Shown here in pieces: positions 1 to 9,515 of a DNA stretch of 64,000 bases (within the stretch, counting starts at the first letter, position 1; each line of letters starts with the position of its first letter). The stretch comes from an uncultured Methanomicrobiales archaeon (lineage in GTDB: Archaea; Halobacteriota; Methanomicrobia; Methanomicrobiales; Methanospirillaceae), in assembly GCA_963758915.1 (NCBI GenBank), contig CAVWXH010000003.1, positions 377,906-441,905 of the forward strand, given 5' to 3'. The position numbers and the translations under genes are program-made. Under the pieces are notes generated by a model. That model saw only the letters and a list, made by a program, of their open reading frames with translations. It was not told the origin of the DNA and searched no databases.

Positions 1-106
1 CACTATTAATGTTCGGGATGGGCCACCATGGATCTGAAAGCACGGTAATCCATGATCCGTCAGCGGTTTTCCATGATCAGGTGGGAGCGGAACATGAAGA
101 GAAGTT

Positions 107-215
107 CGCTATGCAAAAACATACATGAACGGGAAGTTAAAACCCGGACGATTGAAAATGCCTCTAAAATCTCAATGTTTTAGGATCCGTTCAGGCAGGT
201 TCCTGGGAAACCTGC
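107..215 (-). mobile_element. Partial, diverged copy of the MITE family (right end, inverted)
   Basis: GCTATGCAAAAACATACATGAACGGGAAG...TGAAAATGCC...TCCGTTCAGGCA...TGGGAAA aligns to the reverse complement of 28500-28613 and 42310-42416. Confidence 0.55.
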
Positions 216-357
216 ATCGGTAACAAAGGGCTCTTCGCTATTATGAGTGGGCACCTGTGAGAGTGTAAAAAAATGAATTGATGGGGCTCCGCCCCAAACC
301 CGGATTAAGAGAGTTCCGCCACCCCCTCCCTGCCGGACACCGGCTTTTTGCGGGCAG

Positions 358-948
358 TTATGCTACCTTGATCTCTTTTTCAAATTCATGAAGTGTTACC
401 GCGACATCCCCCTTGCAGAGAGATATTGTAGCCGAAACCAGGATCGTCCCTGTAACGTTCTGCACCCGTTTCTCTTTGAATTGTAGTACCGCCTTGTTCA
501 GGGTCATCGATCCTTCGACCTTGAAGTATTGTTTCATATGGCAGATATCAACAGGACCGGCCCGGAGAATGAAATCCAGATATGGGTAAAACGTCGGGAA
601 CGATATGCAGGGAAAATTGTCGCCGGGGGTGATTGAAAGTTCCTTCCTGTTGTTATCAGCCGCCTCACGACATGGTTCCACCTGGTTGATTCTGTCTAGG
701 GAACACGTGATCACCCCGTCTGTCAGGAATTTCGGAAGGACCTCGACGATCTTCCGGGTCAGGAGGTCCCATCCATCATCTTCTGTCTTGTGGGATTTTT
801 CTGCATACCTCTGGAGTAGTTCAGAAAATTCATCTCTTTCGTCCAGGAATTCCCTGCTTTCCACCATCTGTTTAATTTCTTTTGCGAAGTCGTCCTGTGC
901 CTTCTCTTCTGCCTTCGTTACAACCAAAATGTCACTCCTCCTTGTCAT
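358..948 (-). CDS. Hypothetical protein (196 aa), start overlaps the end of the PKD gene
   Basis: Clean ORF with protein-like composition; starts 17 nt inside the 3' end of 932..2353. Confidence 0.7.
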   Translation of the reverse strand: MTRRSDILVVTKAEEKAQDDFAKEIKQMVESREFLDERDEFSELLQRYAEKSHKTEDDGWDLLTRKIVEVLPKFLTDGVITCSLDRINQVEPCREAADNNRKELSITPGDNFPCISFPTFYPYLDFILRAGPVDICHMKQYFKVEGSMTLNKAVLQFKEKRVQNVTGTILVSATISLCKGDVAVTLHEFEKEIKVA

Positions 949-2353
949 GATGTTGTATCCCGGACTCGACGTCCACGTGGATATCAGGATTATTCAATTC
1001 GAGACCCCGTGGACTGATCCCCCCGCGTGCAATAATGGTGACATCAGGTGGCAGGGGGTCCTTATCTCCCATGGGATCAGGCGTTTTCGGGGGGTCCGGG
1101 GTCGGGTATCGTCGTCGTGGCCGGTGCATACGGATGTACCATATCACCAGAATCACGATGATGATGATGATAAAACTATCAATCCAGAGACAGGGAATTG
1201 TGAATAGTACGCAGGGACTGTCGCAGTTCAGGCATTCCGGGACAGTGGTCACGGGGACTGCGGTAAGGGTTGTGGCTGGCTGGACGGGGGTACCCGGTAC
1301 TGTCTGAGTCTGGCTGATTGTAGTTCCGGTCACGGGGTTCGTTATCGTCTGAAACGGCAGGACCGTTACCTGTTTTTCCTTTGAAGACGTGCCATAATCA
1401 TTCGATATCACCAGTTTGATCGTGTAGTTGCCGGGTTTTGTGAATATGCTCCGGGAGTAGGTCCGCAGCTCGGAGACCAGGGTATTGTCCACGTACCAGG
1501 CCCATGTCAAGGGTGAGCCGGTTGACTTGTCTGTTACTGAAACGGCGAAGGGATGGTTCTCATATGCCTGACCGCTTACCGGGGCTATCGAAAAGTCTGC
1601 GACCGGGGGGACGGGGGCCACAACGATAACATCATTGCGAGTCCATTCGATCTGTTCGCGGTTATCCATCACCATCAGGCCTACCGCGTACACACCTGCC
1701 GAACGGTAGGTATGGGTGGGAAGGGCGTCCGCCGGTGAACCCGAAACATTGGTCAGGGGTGTACCGTCCCCGAAATCCCATTGCCAGGTGAGTATTTTCC
1801 CGTCCTGAACGGTGGACCCCGATCCATCGAACGCCACGGGGCGGCCCACGACTGCCGGTTGGGGCGACCATATGAACATGGGCTGCGGGGGATTTCTGGT
1901 AGCGATTACCGAAACAACCGTGAATTGTCCTTCACCGGTTACGGCATTGTTGGTGGACGAGGCAAGAATACGATAGTTACCCGGCTGGAATGTGGAGAGA
2001 TCAACATCAAAACTGAGCAGGTTGTGTTTACGGTCCTGCCCGGAATACACGGTTACGGCCCCTGTTGCACCACTGAATTCCCCGGTCGGGCTTTTCCGGG
2101 TAGGAGTAACAGCTGTGGAAAGCACCTCGAACAGCACCGGACTGCCCACAGGAAGATCAGTCGTTGCGGTGATGGTAATTTTTTCACCGGACTGCCTGGT
2201 ACCGACAGGATGAATCTGGATATAACTTCCCTGCAGAACGGGTACGGAAGCGTTTTCCCTGTACAGGTTATTTGCGCAAACAGGTGCTATGAACAGAACC
2301 AGTAGCACTACGATCAGCAGTGAACGCCAGGTAACCCGGGGGCCTGGAATCAA
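932..2353 (-). CDS. Membrane-anchored surface protein with PKD domains
   Basis: Signal peptide; Methanomicrobiales-type Ig-like domain (GEFSGATGAVTV); PKD motifs WQWDFGDG/HTY; Thr/Pro linker; C-terminal TM helix and cytoplasmic tail; start codon uncertain. Confidence 0.85.
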   Translation of the reverse strand: MIPGPRVTWRSLLIVVLLVLFIAPVCANNLYRENASVPVLQGSYIQIHPVGTRQSGEKITITATTDLPVGSPVLFEVLSTAVTPTRKSPTGEFSGATGAVTVYSGQDRKHNLLSFDVDLSTFQPGNYRILASSTNNAVTGEGQFTVVSVIATRNPPQPMFIWSPQPAVVGRPVAFDGSGSTVQDGKILTWQWDFGDGTPLTNVSGSPADALPTHTYRSAGVYAVGLMVMDNREQIEWTRNDVIVVAPVPPVADFSIAPVSGQAYENHPFAVSVTDKSTGSPLTWAWYVDNTLVSELRTYSRSIFTKPGNYTIKLVISNDYGTSSKEKQVTVLPFQTITNPVTGTTISQTQTVPGTPVQPATTLTAVPVTTVPECLNCDSPCVLFTIPCLWIDSFIIIIIVILVIWYIRMHRPRRRYPTPDPPKTPDPMGDKDPLPPDVTIIARGGISPRGLELNNPDIHVDVESGIQHHDKEE

Positions 2354-2475
2354 GATGAAACCCCTGGCCCGGGATCTTCTGTTAGCATGGGATAAATTTG
2401 AAATGGGCTGACGAGATGATTAATCTTCCTGATTGAACGGCATTTAACGGGACTAGTCCGGTCCTGAGAGTGTTA

Positions 2476-2615
2476 TCATATCGTATTGGCAGCCGGGTTA
2501 CATTCGTTGCACATAACCACCGGAACAGGTCCATTTCCGCTACATGGATACGCATTGGTGCTCCACAGACGTGACACCGTACCGGTACTACCCTCAATAT
2601 ATTACCTGGTTCCAT
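2476..2615 (-). pseudogene. Small CxxC-CxxC zinc-finger protein, paralog of 6321..6461, with a 1-nt frameshift
   Basis: MEPGNILRVVPVRCHVCGAPMRIHV / GNGPVPVVMCNECNPAANTI*; 140 nt versus 141 nt for the intact paralog. Confidence 0.6.
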
Positions 2616-2802
2616 TCCATTATCACGCTGTTCGTATTCATGGCCATGCCAGGGATATATTCCCTTCAATCGTCAGGCAGTGCTTTTTTGATTCCTTCCG
2701 GTTCAGGAACCGTCTTTCTTTATACCGGTCCCCTGGCAGGTAACAATGTGCTGAACAGGTTATTCATAAATACCTGTATCTCAAAGATATGACAGTAGAA
2801 CC

Positions 2803-3984
2803 ATGAAAGGACGACCGTTACCACTCGCTTTTCTTACCGGTCTCCTCCTGATTATCGCCCTGCTGTTCTTACTGCTGTATTCCGGCCCCCGTAATACCAG
2901 TCAGCCCGGGTCAGAGGGAGAGGTTTATCTCCTGTACGCTTCCTCGGGGTCAATGGTCCAGTTGCTAAACGCCGGCCAGATTGATGCATTTATCGTATGG
3001 GAGCCGATCGTTTCAACCGCCACCCTTACCGGGACGGGAAAGATGATCGCGACCCCCGGGTGGATGCCTCCGCCAGGCGAGTGGGGAGATACCGCCTGCT
3101 GTGTTCTTGTCCTCAGGAATGACATGATCTCGAAGAATCCGGATGTATCAGCCCTTCTTTCCGGCCTGACGACCGCTGCGGTTGAGAGAGTGAACGAAAA
3201 CCAGTCCCTGGCGGAAAATATTACGGCTGACTGGGTATTTGGCAGTAAGCCCCTCCTTACCGCGTCCGGAACACTTGAACCGATCTCCGTCGAGCAGCAG
3301 GCCTTTACCAATATCAACTTCACCAGCCAGTCGGTCCCACCTGATATGAATGAGATCGGACTACCAGGCGAAGATACCGGCACAACACCCCGGATGGACA
3401 GAACGGTCGTCGGGCGGGGGAAACAGTTCCTGAATGGGACGCTGCCCCTGCCGGAGCCCGGTGGCACTATCCAGGTGAACCTGGGTTACCTTCCATCTTC
3501 AGACCACACGGCACCCCTGTATGTCATGGTAAAAGACTCAGACTACTTCCGCGAACGTTATGGGTTCTACCTGGCCCCGGATAACCCCGCACAAACGCGT
3601 CCGGAACACTGTACCCTGTACGTGAATGACACGCCTTTCGCAAACGTCAACCTCATTCCCGGCCAGTCCGGGGGAGGGATTATGACCACTATCGGGCAGG
3701 GTGCACTTGATGGAGCCTATATCGGGTCTGTCCCGATAGAGCTCCAGGTTGGCCTCGGGAACCCCTCAACAATGGTCCAGTCGATCAATTCCGGCGGGAC
3801 CGGGCTCGTGGTCGGGACCGGGGCACCTTGTTCCGACTGGGTGACCTTTACTGAATGGGCTGAGGCCCGTTCAGCTGAAGGAAAGCCACTTGTCATCGCC
3901 ACCGTGCAGAGCTCGATCCAGGAGAGTATCATCCGGAGTGCCCTGGCATATGACAATATAACGGTGATAATGTATGGTACGTAA
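2803..3984 (+). CDS. NitT/TauT (SsuA-like) ABC transporter substrate-binding protein, apparently circularly permuted
   Basis: Motifs GQIDAFIVWEP, CCVLV, GYLPSSDHTAPLYV, LDGAYIG, SIQ; N-terminal anchor; first gene of an ABC operon. Confidence 0.88.
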   Translation: MKGRPLPLAFLTGLLLIIALLFLLLYSGPRNTSQPGSEGEVYLLYASSGSMVQLLNAGQIDAFIVWEPIVSTATLTGTGKMIATPGWMPPPGEWGDTACCVLVLRNDMISKNPDVSALLSGLTTAAVERVNENQSLAENITADWVFGSKPLLTASGTLEPISVEQQAFTNINFTSQSVPPDMNEIGLPGEDTGTTPRMDRTVVGRGKQFLNGTLPLPEPGGTIQVNLGYLPSSDHTAPLYVMVKDSDYFRERYGFYLAPDNPAQTRPEHCTLYVNDTPFANVNLIPGQSGGGIMTTIGQGALDGAYIGSVPIELQVGLGNPSTMVQSINSGGTGLVVGTGAPCSDWVTFTEWAEARSAEGKPLVIATVQSSIQESIIRSALAYDNITVIMYGT

Positions 3985-4759
3985 CAACAAACAGACCGTT
4001 TCTGACATGGCAAAAGGACTGGCAGTTATTATCCTTTTCCTCGTTATCTGGGAAATTGCGGCGATTATTATCAACAATAATTATATTCTTCCAAGGCTTG
4101 GCGATATTCTGCTGGTCCTGGTCCACCCGCTGGCATCCGTCCTTGGTGGGGCCTCACTGGCACAGAATGCGGCCGTAAGCCTCAGGGAAGTACTTACCGG
4201 GTTTTTTTGTGCGGTCGCCATCGCAGTCCCCCTCGGGCTCCTGATCGGGACTTCAAAAGAGGTTGATTCCTATTTGAACGCCTTTATCCAGATGATCCGC
4301 CCTGTTCCGCCCATTGCCTGGATGCCGTTTGCGATCGCATGGTTCGGGCTGGGGTTCACCTCAATTATTTTCATTATTTTCATGGGTGCATTCTTCCCGG
4401 TCCTGATCAACACGATAGACGGGGTGCACGGGGTCAGAACGCAGTGGACCGATGTGGCCCGGATGTTCCGGGCGACCTCGTTTGAAAAAGTCCGGACCGT
4501 GATAGTCCCGGGTGCAATGCCCGTCATCTGGACAGGACTCCGTGTAGCATTTGCCGTTGCCTGGATGTGCGTCGTTGCGGCCGAGATGTTACCGGGGACG
4601 AGTGCGGGGCTTGGGTTTATGATCATGTATGCCTATAACCTGGGCCAGCTCCAGGTGATCGGTGCCGGGATGGTCGTTATCGGCATCATCGGTCTTGGTG
4701 CCGATCTTCTCTTCCGTGCCGGACAGGCCAGGTTCTTTCACTGGCAGGGGAGGGGATGA
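3974..4759 (+). CDS. NitT/TauT ABC transporter permease
   Basis: RPVPPIAWMP, FFPVLINT, VVAAEM, GLGFMI motifs; multiple TM helices; start may be 4007. Confidence 0.93.
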   Translation: MVRNNKQTVSDMAKGLAVIILFLVIWEIAAIIINNNYILPRLGDILLVLVHPLASVLGGASLAQNAAVSLREVLTGFFCAVAIAVPLGLLIGTSKEVDSYLNAFIQMIRPVPPIAWMPFAIAWFGLGFTSIIFIIFMGAFFPVLINTIDGVHGVRTQWTDVARMFRATSFEKVRTVIVPGAMPVIWTGLRVAFAVAWMCVVAAEMLPGTSAGLGFMIMYAYNLGQLQVIGAGMVVIGIIGLGADLLFRAGQARFFHWQGRG

Positions 4760-5523
4760 TGGACCCCGTACTTACGGTCAGGGACCTCGCAAAGACCTTT
4801 GTCGAGGACGAACAGGAGTGCAGGGTGCTCCAGGGGTTATCATTCGAAGCATTTCCGGGTGAAATACTCTGCATCATGGGGACTTCGGGGTGCGGGAAGT
4901 CCACACTGCTCAGGATGATCGCAGGTCTTGAAACAATTGATACCGGCTCGGCCAGCATCCACGGGGACCGGGGGGCAGGTCAGGTCAGGGCTGCAATGGT
5001 ATTCCAGGACGACGCCCTCTTTCCCTGGCTTACTGTCCGCGATAATATCTCCTATGGTCTGATGCTCGGTGACCGGGGAGCAGCTGGTGAGGGGGCTTCG
5101 AAACGGGTGGAAGCACTGCTTGACCTTGTCAGGCTGACCCCGTTCTCCACGTATTACCCGTACCAGCTCTCGGGGGGCATGAAACAGCGGGCTGCCGTTG
5201 CACGGGCACTTGCCGTCCAGCCCGGGATCCTCCTGATGGATGAACCGTTCAGTGCCCTCGACCCGTTCACCCGCCGGGAACTGCAGGATGAGATCATCAG
5301 GATACGGGATGCTGCATCGGCTGACGGGCATCCTGTCGCAATCCTGCTCGTCACCCATAACCCGGAAGAGGCAGTCTACCTTGCCGACCGGATTATCGTC
5401 CTTTCAGACAGACCGGCAACAATCCATGGATTGATCGATGTCAGGCTCCCTCGTCCGCGAAGTCTTTCAGACATTGGTTTTTTAGCGATCCGTGAAGAGG
5501 TAACCGGTCTTGTCAAACGGTGA
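4756..5523 (+). CDS. NitT/TauT ABC transporter ATP-binding protein
   Basis: Walker A GTSGCGKS, LSGGMKQR, Walker B LLMDEPFSALD, H-loop VTH; ATGA overlap with permease. Confidence 0.95.
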   Translation: MMDPVLTVRDLAKTFVEDEQECRVLQGLSFEAFPGEILCIMGTSGCGKSTLLRMIAGLETIDTGSASIHGDRGAGQVRAAMVFQDDALFPWLTVRDNISYGLMLGDRGAAGEGASKRVEALLDLVRLTPFSTYYPYQLSGGMKQRAAVARALAVQPGILLMDEPFSALDPFTRRELQDEIIRIRDAASADGHPVAILLVTHNPEEAVYLADRIIVLSDRPATIHGLIDVRLPRPRSLSDIGFLAIREEVTGLVKR

Positions 5524-5870
5524 CCTCAATGCATTTACGTTACAGAGGTATCATGAATCAGAAATTCTGATGCCACTATGTCAGGTCCCTGGCAGGTAGT
5601 CATCATTTTTTTTGGATTTATTAAAAACCAACGGTGATGCCTGATATCTTCAAATCAACCTGTCAAAATCTTATAAGCGGCCTTCTACAGTGAATTGTAC
5701 GGCTCATCCGTGTTTCCCGCCATCAGGTAGGATTTTTTTTCCAGGCGTTTTCCCTATCAATTTCTACCTCCAACACGTTTCCTGGGCACCCGATGTATCC
5801 GGAATTCATCTCATTACATTGGTCACCAATTCGTAAAATAGCCCCATTAAGTAAGATATCGCCAAAGACT

Positions 5871-5926
5871 ATTTATATGATAAGGTATTAATCCTCATTA
5901 TCTCACCCGGATTAGGGTTTGAGGTG
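5871..5926 (+). promoter_or_regulatory. TATA-like box and SD for the small basic protein
   Basis: ATTTATAT at 5871-5878; GAGGTG at 5921-5926, 4 nt before ATG 5931. Confidence 0.5.
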
Positions 5927-5930
5927 CTTT

Positions 5931-6146
5931 ATGGGTACTAAAATCGGAAAAGAAAAGATTGAGCGTGATAATGGTTTTCTCTATTATCTTGGTAAGGACG
6001 GATATGTCTGGGCAGCCCCGATGAAACACAACAAAACCGGGAAGAAGAAAAAAATTGGTACTGAAAAAATTGTAAGAGAAAAGGGCTTCATGTATTACCT
6101 GGGAAAGGATGGATTCGTGGGAAAAGCCAAAATGAAGAACGCATAA
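5931..6146 (+). CDS. Small Lys-rich internally duplicated protein (71 aa), candidate nucleoid-associated protein
   Basis: Repeats KIGKEKIERDNGFLYYLGKDGYV / KIGTEKIVREKGFMYYLGKDGFV; own TATA, SD and downstream T-run. Confidence 0.85.
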   Translation: MGTKIGKEKIERDNGFLYYLGKDGYVWAAPMKHNKTGKKKKIGTEKIVREKGFMYYLGKDGFVGKAKMKNA

Positions 6147-6320
6147 CAATTCCCCCTTTTTTTACCACAACCAGTCTTATTAAAAGGCTTGACATTCTGA
6201 AGCCAGCCGGACTACCTGACGGAGCCCTAAAATCCGTTATTCTTCTTTTCGCACAGAACCGATCTGCAAAAAAAAGGCCGCAGAAACGAAATAATTTTGT
6301 CCTGCCTCAACGCAGTAAGG

Positions 6321-6461
6321 TCACATCATATTGTTGACCAGTTGACATTCGTTGCACACATATGCCGGAACAGGTTCATTTCCACGAACACGGATCAGCA
6401 CCGGGGCTCCACAGACGTGGCAATATATTTGAACCCCCCTGTATTCGTTTTCTGATTCCAT
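6321..6461 (-). CDS. Zinc-finger micro-protein (46 aa), absent from the ORF track
   Basis: MESENEYRGVQIYCHVCGAPVLIRVRGNEPVPAYVCNECQLVNNMM*; two further homologous copies in the window. Confidence 0.75.
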   Translation of the reverse strand: MESENEYRGVQIYCHVCGAPVLIRVRGNEPVPAYVCNECQLVNNMM

Positions 6462-6532
6462 TCAATATCACTCTATTCTTATCCTTGCCCGGATATGAGT
6501 TATATTCTCCTGATTCACAGGAGATTGCTGAT

Positions 6533-7351
6533 TTACCGGTCCTCTGCCAGGAAACTGATTATTGCGCTGCCAAGAACCCTCGGGCACTGGTACTGCAGCC
6601 CGTGTCCGGCACCCGGGACCCGGACGAGTCGTGCTCCGGGGATTCGTTCAGCTAGCAGCCCGGCATTCTTCGCGGGGATGATGACATCCTCAGTTCCGGT
6701 AATAGCCAGTACCGGGCACCGGATCCCGGGCAACCGGTCATATGATCCCTGCCACCCGGTGAATGCCTCTGCCTGACGGGCTGCACTCTCTTCACTTGTT
6801 ATCTCGTGTACTTCAGGGCAGTACTGCCATGGATCATGCGTTGCAAGCCACTCTCCTGGAAAGAGCACGGAAAACATCCGGTCCGCCAGATCGACGGGAC
6901 TTCCGCTCTTGTCGGCGAGTGTTTCCCATGTTTCCTGCAGCATCTGTTCTGCCTTGTCTCCCCCGGAGGTCCCGGCAACGAGGATGAGCCGGTCAACCAC
7001 ACCCGGCCTCGCAAGCACGAGTTCCTGTGCAATGGACGCACCCATGGAGAGGCCGAATACATGTGCGCGGGAAATCCCGAGTGCGTCCATCAGGGCAACC
7101 GTGTCGTCTGCAAAGAGGGGAATGGAGAACGGCTCGTCTGATGTGGAAGAGTACCCGGTACCCCGGTTATCAAAGATGATGACCTGGAAATGCGCAGCAA
7201 GCATCGTAAGCAGCGGGGGGTTCCATGTGTCCATCGTCGAGGCAAACCCGTTGATCATGAGAAGCGGGTACCCGGACCCGATCTCCCTGTACGCGAGCGT
7301 GACGCCGTTCACTTCAACGGTTTTCACACCCTCTTCCGGCAATCCTGCCAT
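6533..7351 (-). CDS. Alpha/beta fold hydrolase
   Basis: FDNRGTGYS, nucleophile elbow GLSMG, GTEDVIIP, GAGHG. Confidence 0.93.
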   Translation of the reverse strand: MAGLPEEGVKTVEVNGVTLAYREIGSGYPLLMINGFASTMDTWNPPLLTMLAAHFQVIIFDNRGTGYSSTSDEPFSIPLFADDTVALMDALGISRAHVFGLSMGASIAQELVLARPGVVDRLILVAGTSGGDKAEQMLQETWETLADKSGSPVDLADRMFSVLFPGEWLATHDPWQYCPEVHEITSEESAARQAEAFTGWQGSYDRLPGIRCPVLAITGTEDVIIPAKNAGLLAERIPGARLVRVPGAGHGLQYQCPRVLGSAIISFLAEDR

Positions 7352-7719
7352 GCCTTCACCACCTGGAATCCTGTCCTGCTCCCAACGATCCTGCTTACCA
7401 TGCAGGGAGATATCCGGTCGATTGTCATTTCTTCTTTTCGATTGCTCAGATATCTGTCGTCACGGCTCCTTCATCCCCCGGAAGGTCAGGAGATCAGAGG
7501 CGGGACGAGCCACCAGGTAATCACACATACTGCATTCAGTTACATTCAAGAGTTGGAGGACGGATAGTCTGATCAGTGAAGACCTATGTGCTGGTGGTGG
7601 AAGAAAGTCAAAACTGGACCTGAAAGGAAACGAACCCGGCAGGAAACCGAAGAGGAAGAAGAGGAACGGAAGACTGAAGAGCTGATTGCCCTCGATCTCA
7701 TCTGAATACATACAACTGA

Positions 7720-9165
7720 TTATTTCTGCACCATTTCATGCAGTTTTTCATGCAGCCTGACCATCGCCAGCGTATCAAGTTTGCAGTATTCCCGCAATTC
7801 CACTCTTTTTTGTTGCGTTTCTTCTGCTGAATAGAGGCCCATAATCATCGAAGCAAACGTGATCATCGCATTCCCACCGTTGCTGATGGCCAGGCCATCA
7901 TAGGAGAGATCAGGGACCAGGGCCGGAAGGACCACTTTAATTGAGGTTCTTCCCCTGAACTGCGGATGCTGTATACACTTTATACAAGGCTCCAGGTCTA
8001 CAATCCGGTCCAGTAATGAATTCAAAGGGCCTTCCAGATCAGGGAATAGCCTGGATAGTCCGGTGATCATGGTCTTTTCATAACTGCTATAGGTGATGAT
8101 CGAGCCATCTCCAGCCAGGTCGGTGATCAACTGCCCGGCAAGTTCACGCCGGCAGTCACGTTGTGGATCTGCCAGGTAATCCCGGTGCAAAATGATATTC
8201 CCGCAGCAGTCACAGAGGTGAATTGAATACTGGGTCGGGAATGAATCGTATGGTCCGAGATCCGGGTAACAGGGTATGGCCAGCTGGGCGGTCTCGAAAT
8301 CAAGGTAGTATGACGGCCAGACCACGTGATCCAGTTTTTCTGCGAGGACGGGGTCAACAGAGATTTCCCCGCATTGTACGCACCGGACGGTTTTTGCCTG
8401 GCCAGGTGTCAGCCTGAACCCTTCAGGGATATCATGGATCGAGATATACCCTGAGGATACCAGCTCCAGAAAGGTCTTTTCACTGAGTCTTGGGATATTG
8501 AAAATATGCTCACGTACTTCCGATCCGATGCAGGTATCAAAATGATCACATTTTTTACAATTCATCGTGAGCGTCGGAACGGGTTCTTCCGGGGAATGGA
8601 GGGTTGTATCGATGCGGTCCAGGAGCGATTCAAATTGTTCTACGCATTTTTGGACCTCCTCTGTGCAATCCACCGTTACAAATAGTTGCTGCAGTGGCAT
8701 CCCCAGCCGGTATTCCCTGCTGATGAGCTGTAACCGGATGTGGGCCGGAACAAAACCGGAATTCTTTGCAATCGTCATGGTATAGGCCATGTCTTCGATA
8801 TATTCCTGCTTCTGCTGCACTCCTGATTTTACTTCAACAAGGTCCCAGGAATCCCCATTCCGGATTAGGATGTCAGCTTTTGCCACATAATTACCAGTGA
8901 TAAAGGTCCCTTCAAAAATGATAGTGATACAGGGGTCTTCCATGAGTTCACGGGTCAGTGAAGCAGCGGTTTTGTTATCGGATGCAGAGACAAATACACC
9001 GTCAGGATGTAATTCGCGGGCTAATGTTCCGATCTTTTTTCCCTGTTCCATCCGGAATAACACGTCAGGAGTGGGTATTTCCCTGATTTTTCCATGATGG
9101 AGACGCCAGCCGAGTGTTGGGCATTTAATCGTATTGAGGAAAATATGTTTGGAAAGCCCGGGCAT
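7720..9165 (-). CDS. DUF2779-type protein: Cas4-like PD-(D/E)xK nuclease fused to an RNase H-like/DEDD domain
   Basis: ADIL...VEVKS nuclease motif; early Cys plus CKKCDHFDTC; YLDFET and YCKLDTLAM; start ATG 9165 supported by the paralog at 45453. Confidence 0.85.
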   Translation of the reverse strand: MPGLSKHIFLNTIKCPTLGWRLHHGKIREIPTPDVLFRMEQGKKIGTLARELHPDGVFVSASDNKTAASLTRELMEDPCITIIFEGTFITGNYVAKADILIRNGDSWDLVEVKSGVQQKQEYIEDMAYTMTIAKNSGFVPAHIRLQLISREYRLGMPLQQLFVTVDCTEEVQKCVEQFESLLDRIDTTLHSPEEPVPTLTMNCKKCDHFDTCIGSEVREHIFNIPRLSEKTFLELVSSGYISIHDIPEGFRLTPGQAKTVRCVQCGEISVDPVLAEKLDHVVWPSYYLDFETAQLAIPCYPDLGPYDSFPTQYSIHLCDCCGNIILHRDYLADPQRDCRRELAGQLITDLAGDGSIITYSSYEKTMITGLSRLFPDLEGPLNSLLDRIVDLEPCIKCIQHPQFRGRTSIKVVLPALVPDLSYDGLAISNGGNAMITFASMIMGLYSAEETQQKRVELREYCKLDTLAMVRLHEKLHEMVQK

Positions 9166-9515
9166 TGCATTGAAAATTGTGGGGTAAGGGGGATAAGGGT
9201 TATGGGGGATACTAAAAAGTAATTCAGCTATGGAATTGTGATGTCTAAACAACGTTTTGGAACCGGAAGATTTCCAATCGCTGGTCGCGGAACGGATGAA
9301 TTCGTGGGCGTTAATGGTTGCCCTGATTGGCGAAGTTCAGGAGATTTGTCATTGTGGGGGGAAGGGGTGGCACAATGGAATGACGCGTTATCGGTGATGC
9401 AGGAACCATGGACGGTGCATTGTCCGGAGAAGATTACCGATGTTTTTACGAAGGCCGGGGAATTGGAGAAGAGGCAATTTTTAATCTAAAATCCAACATG
9501 AAAAAAATTGAGTGA

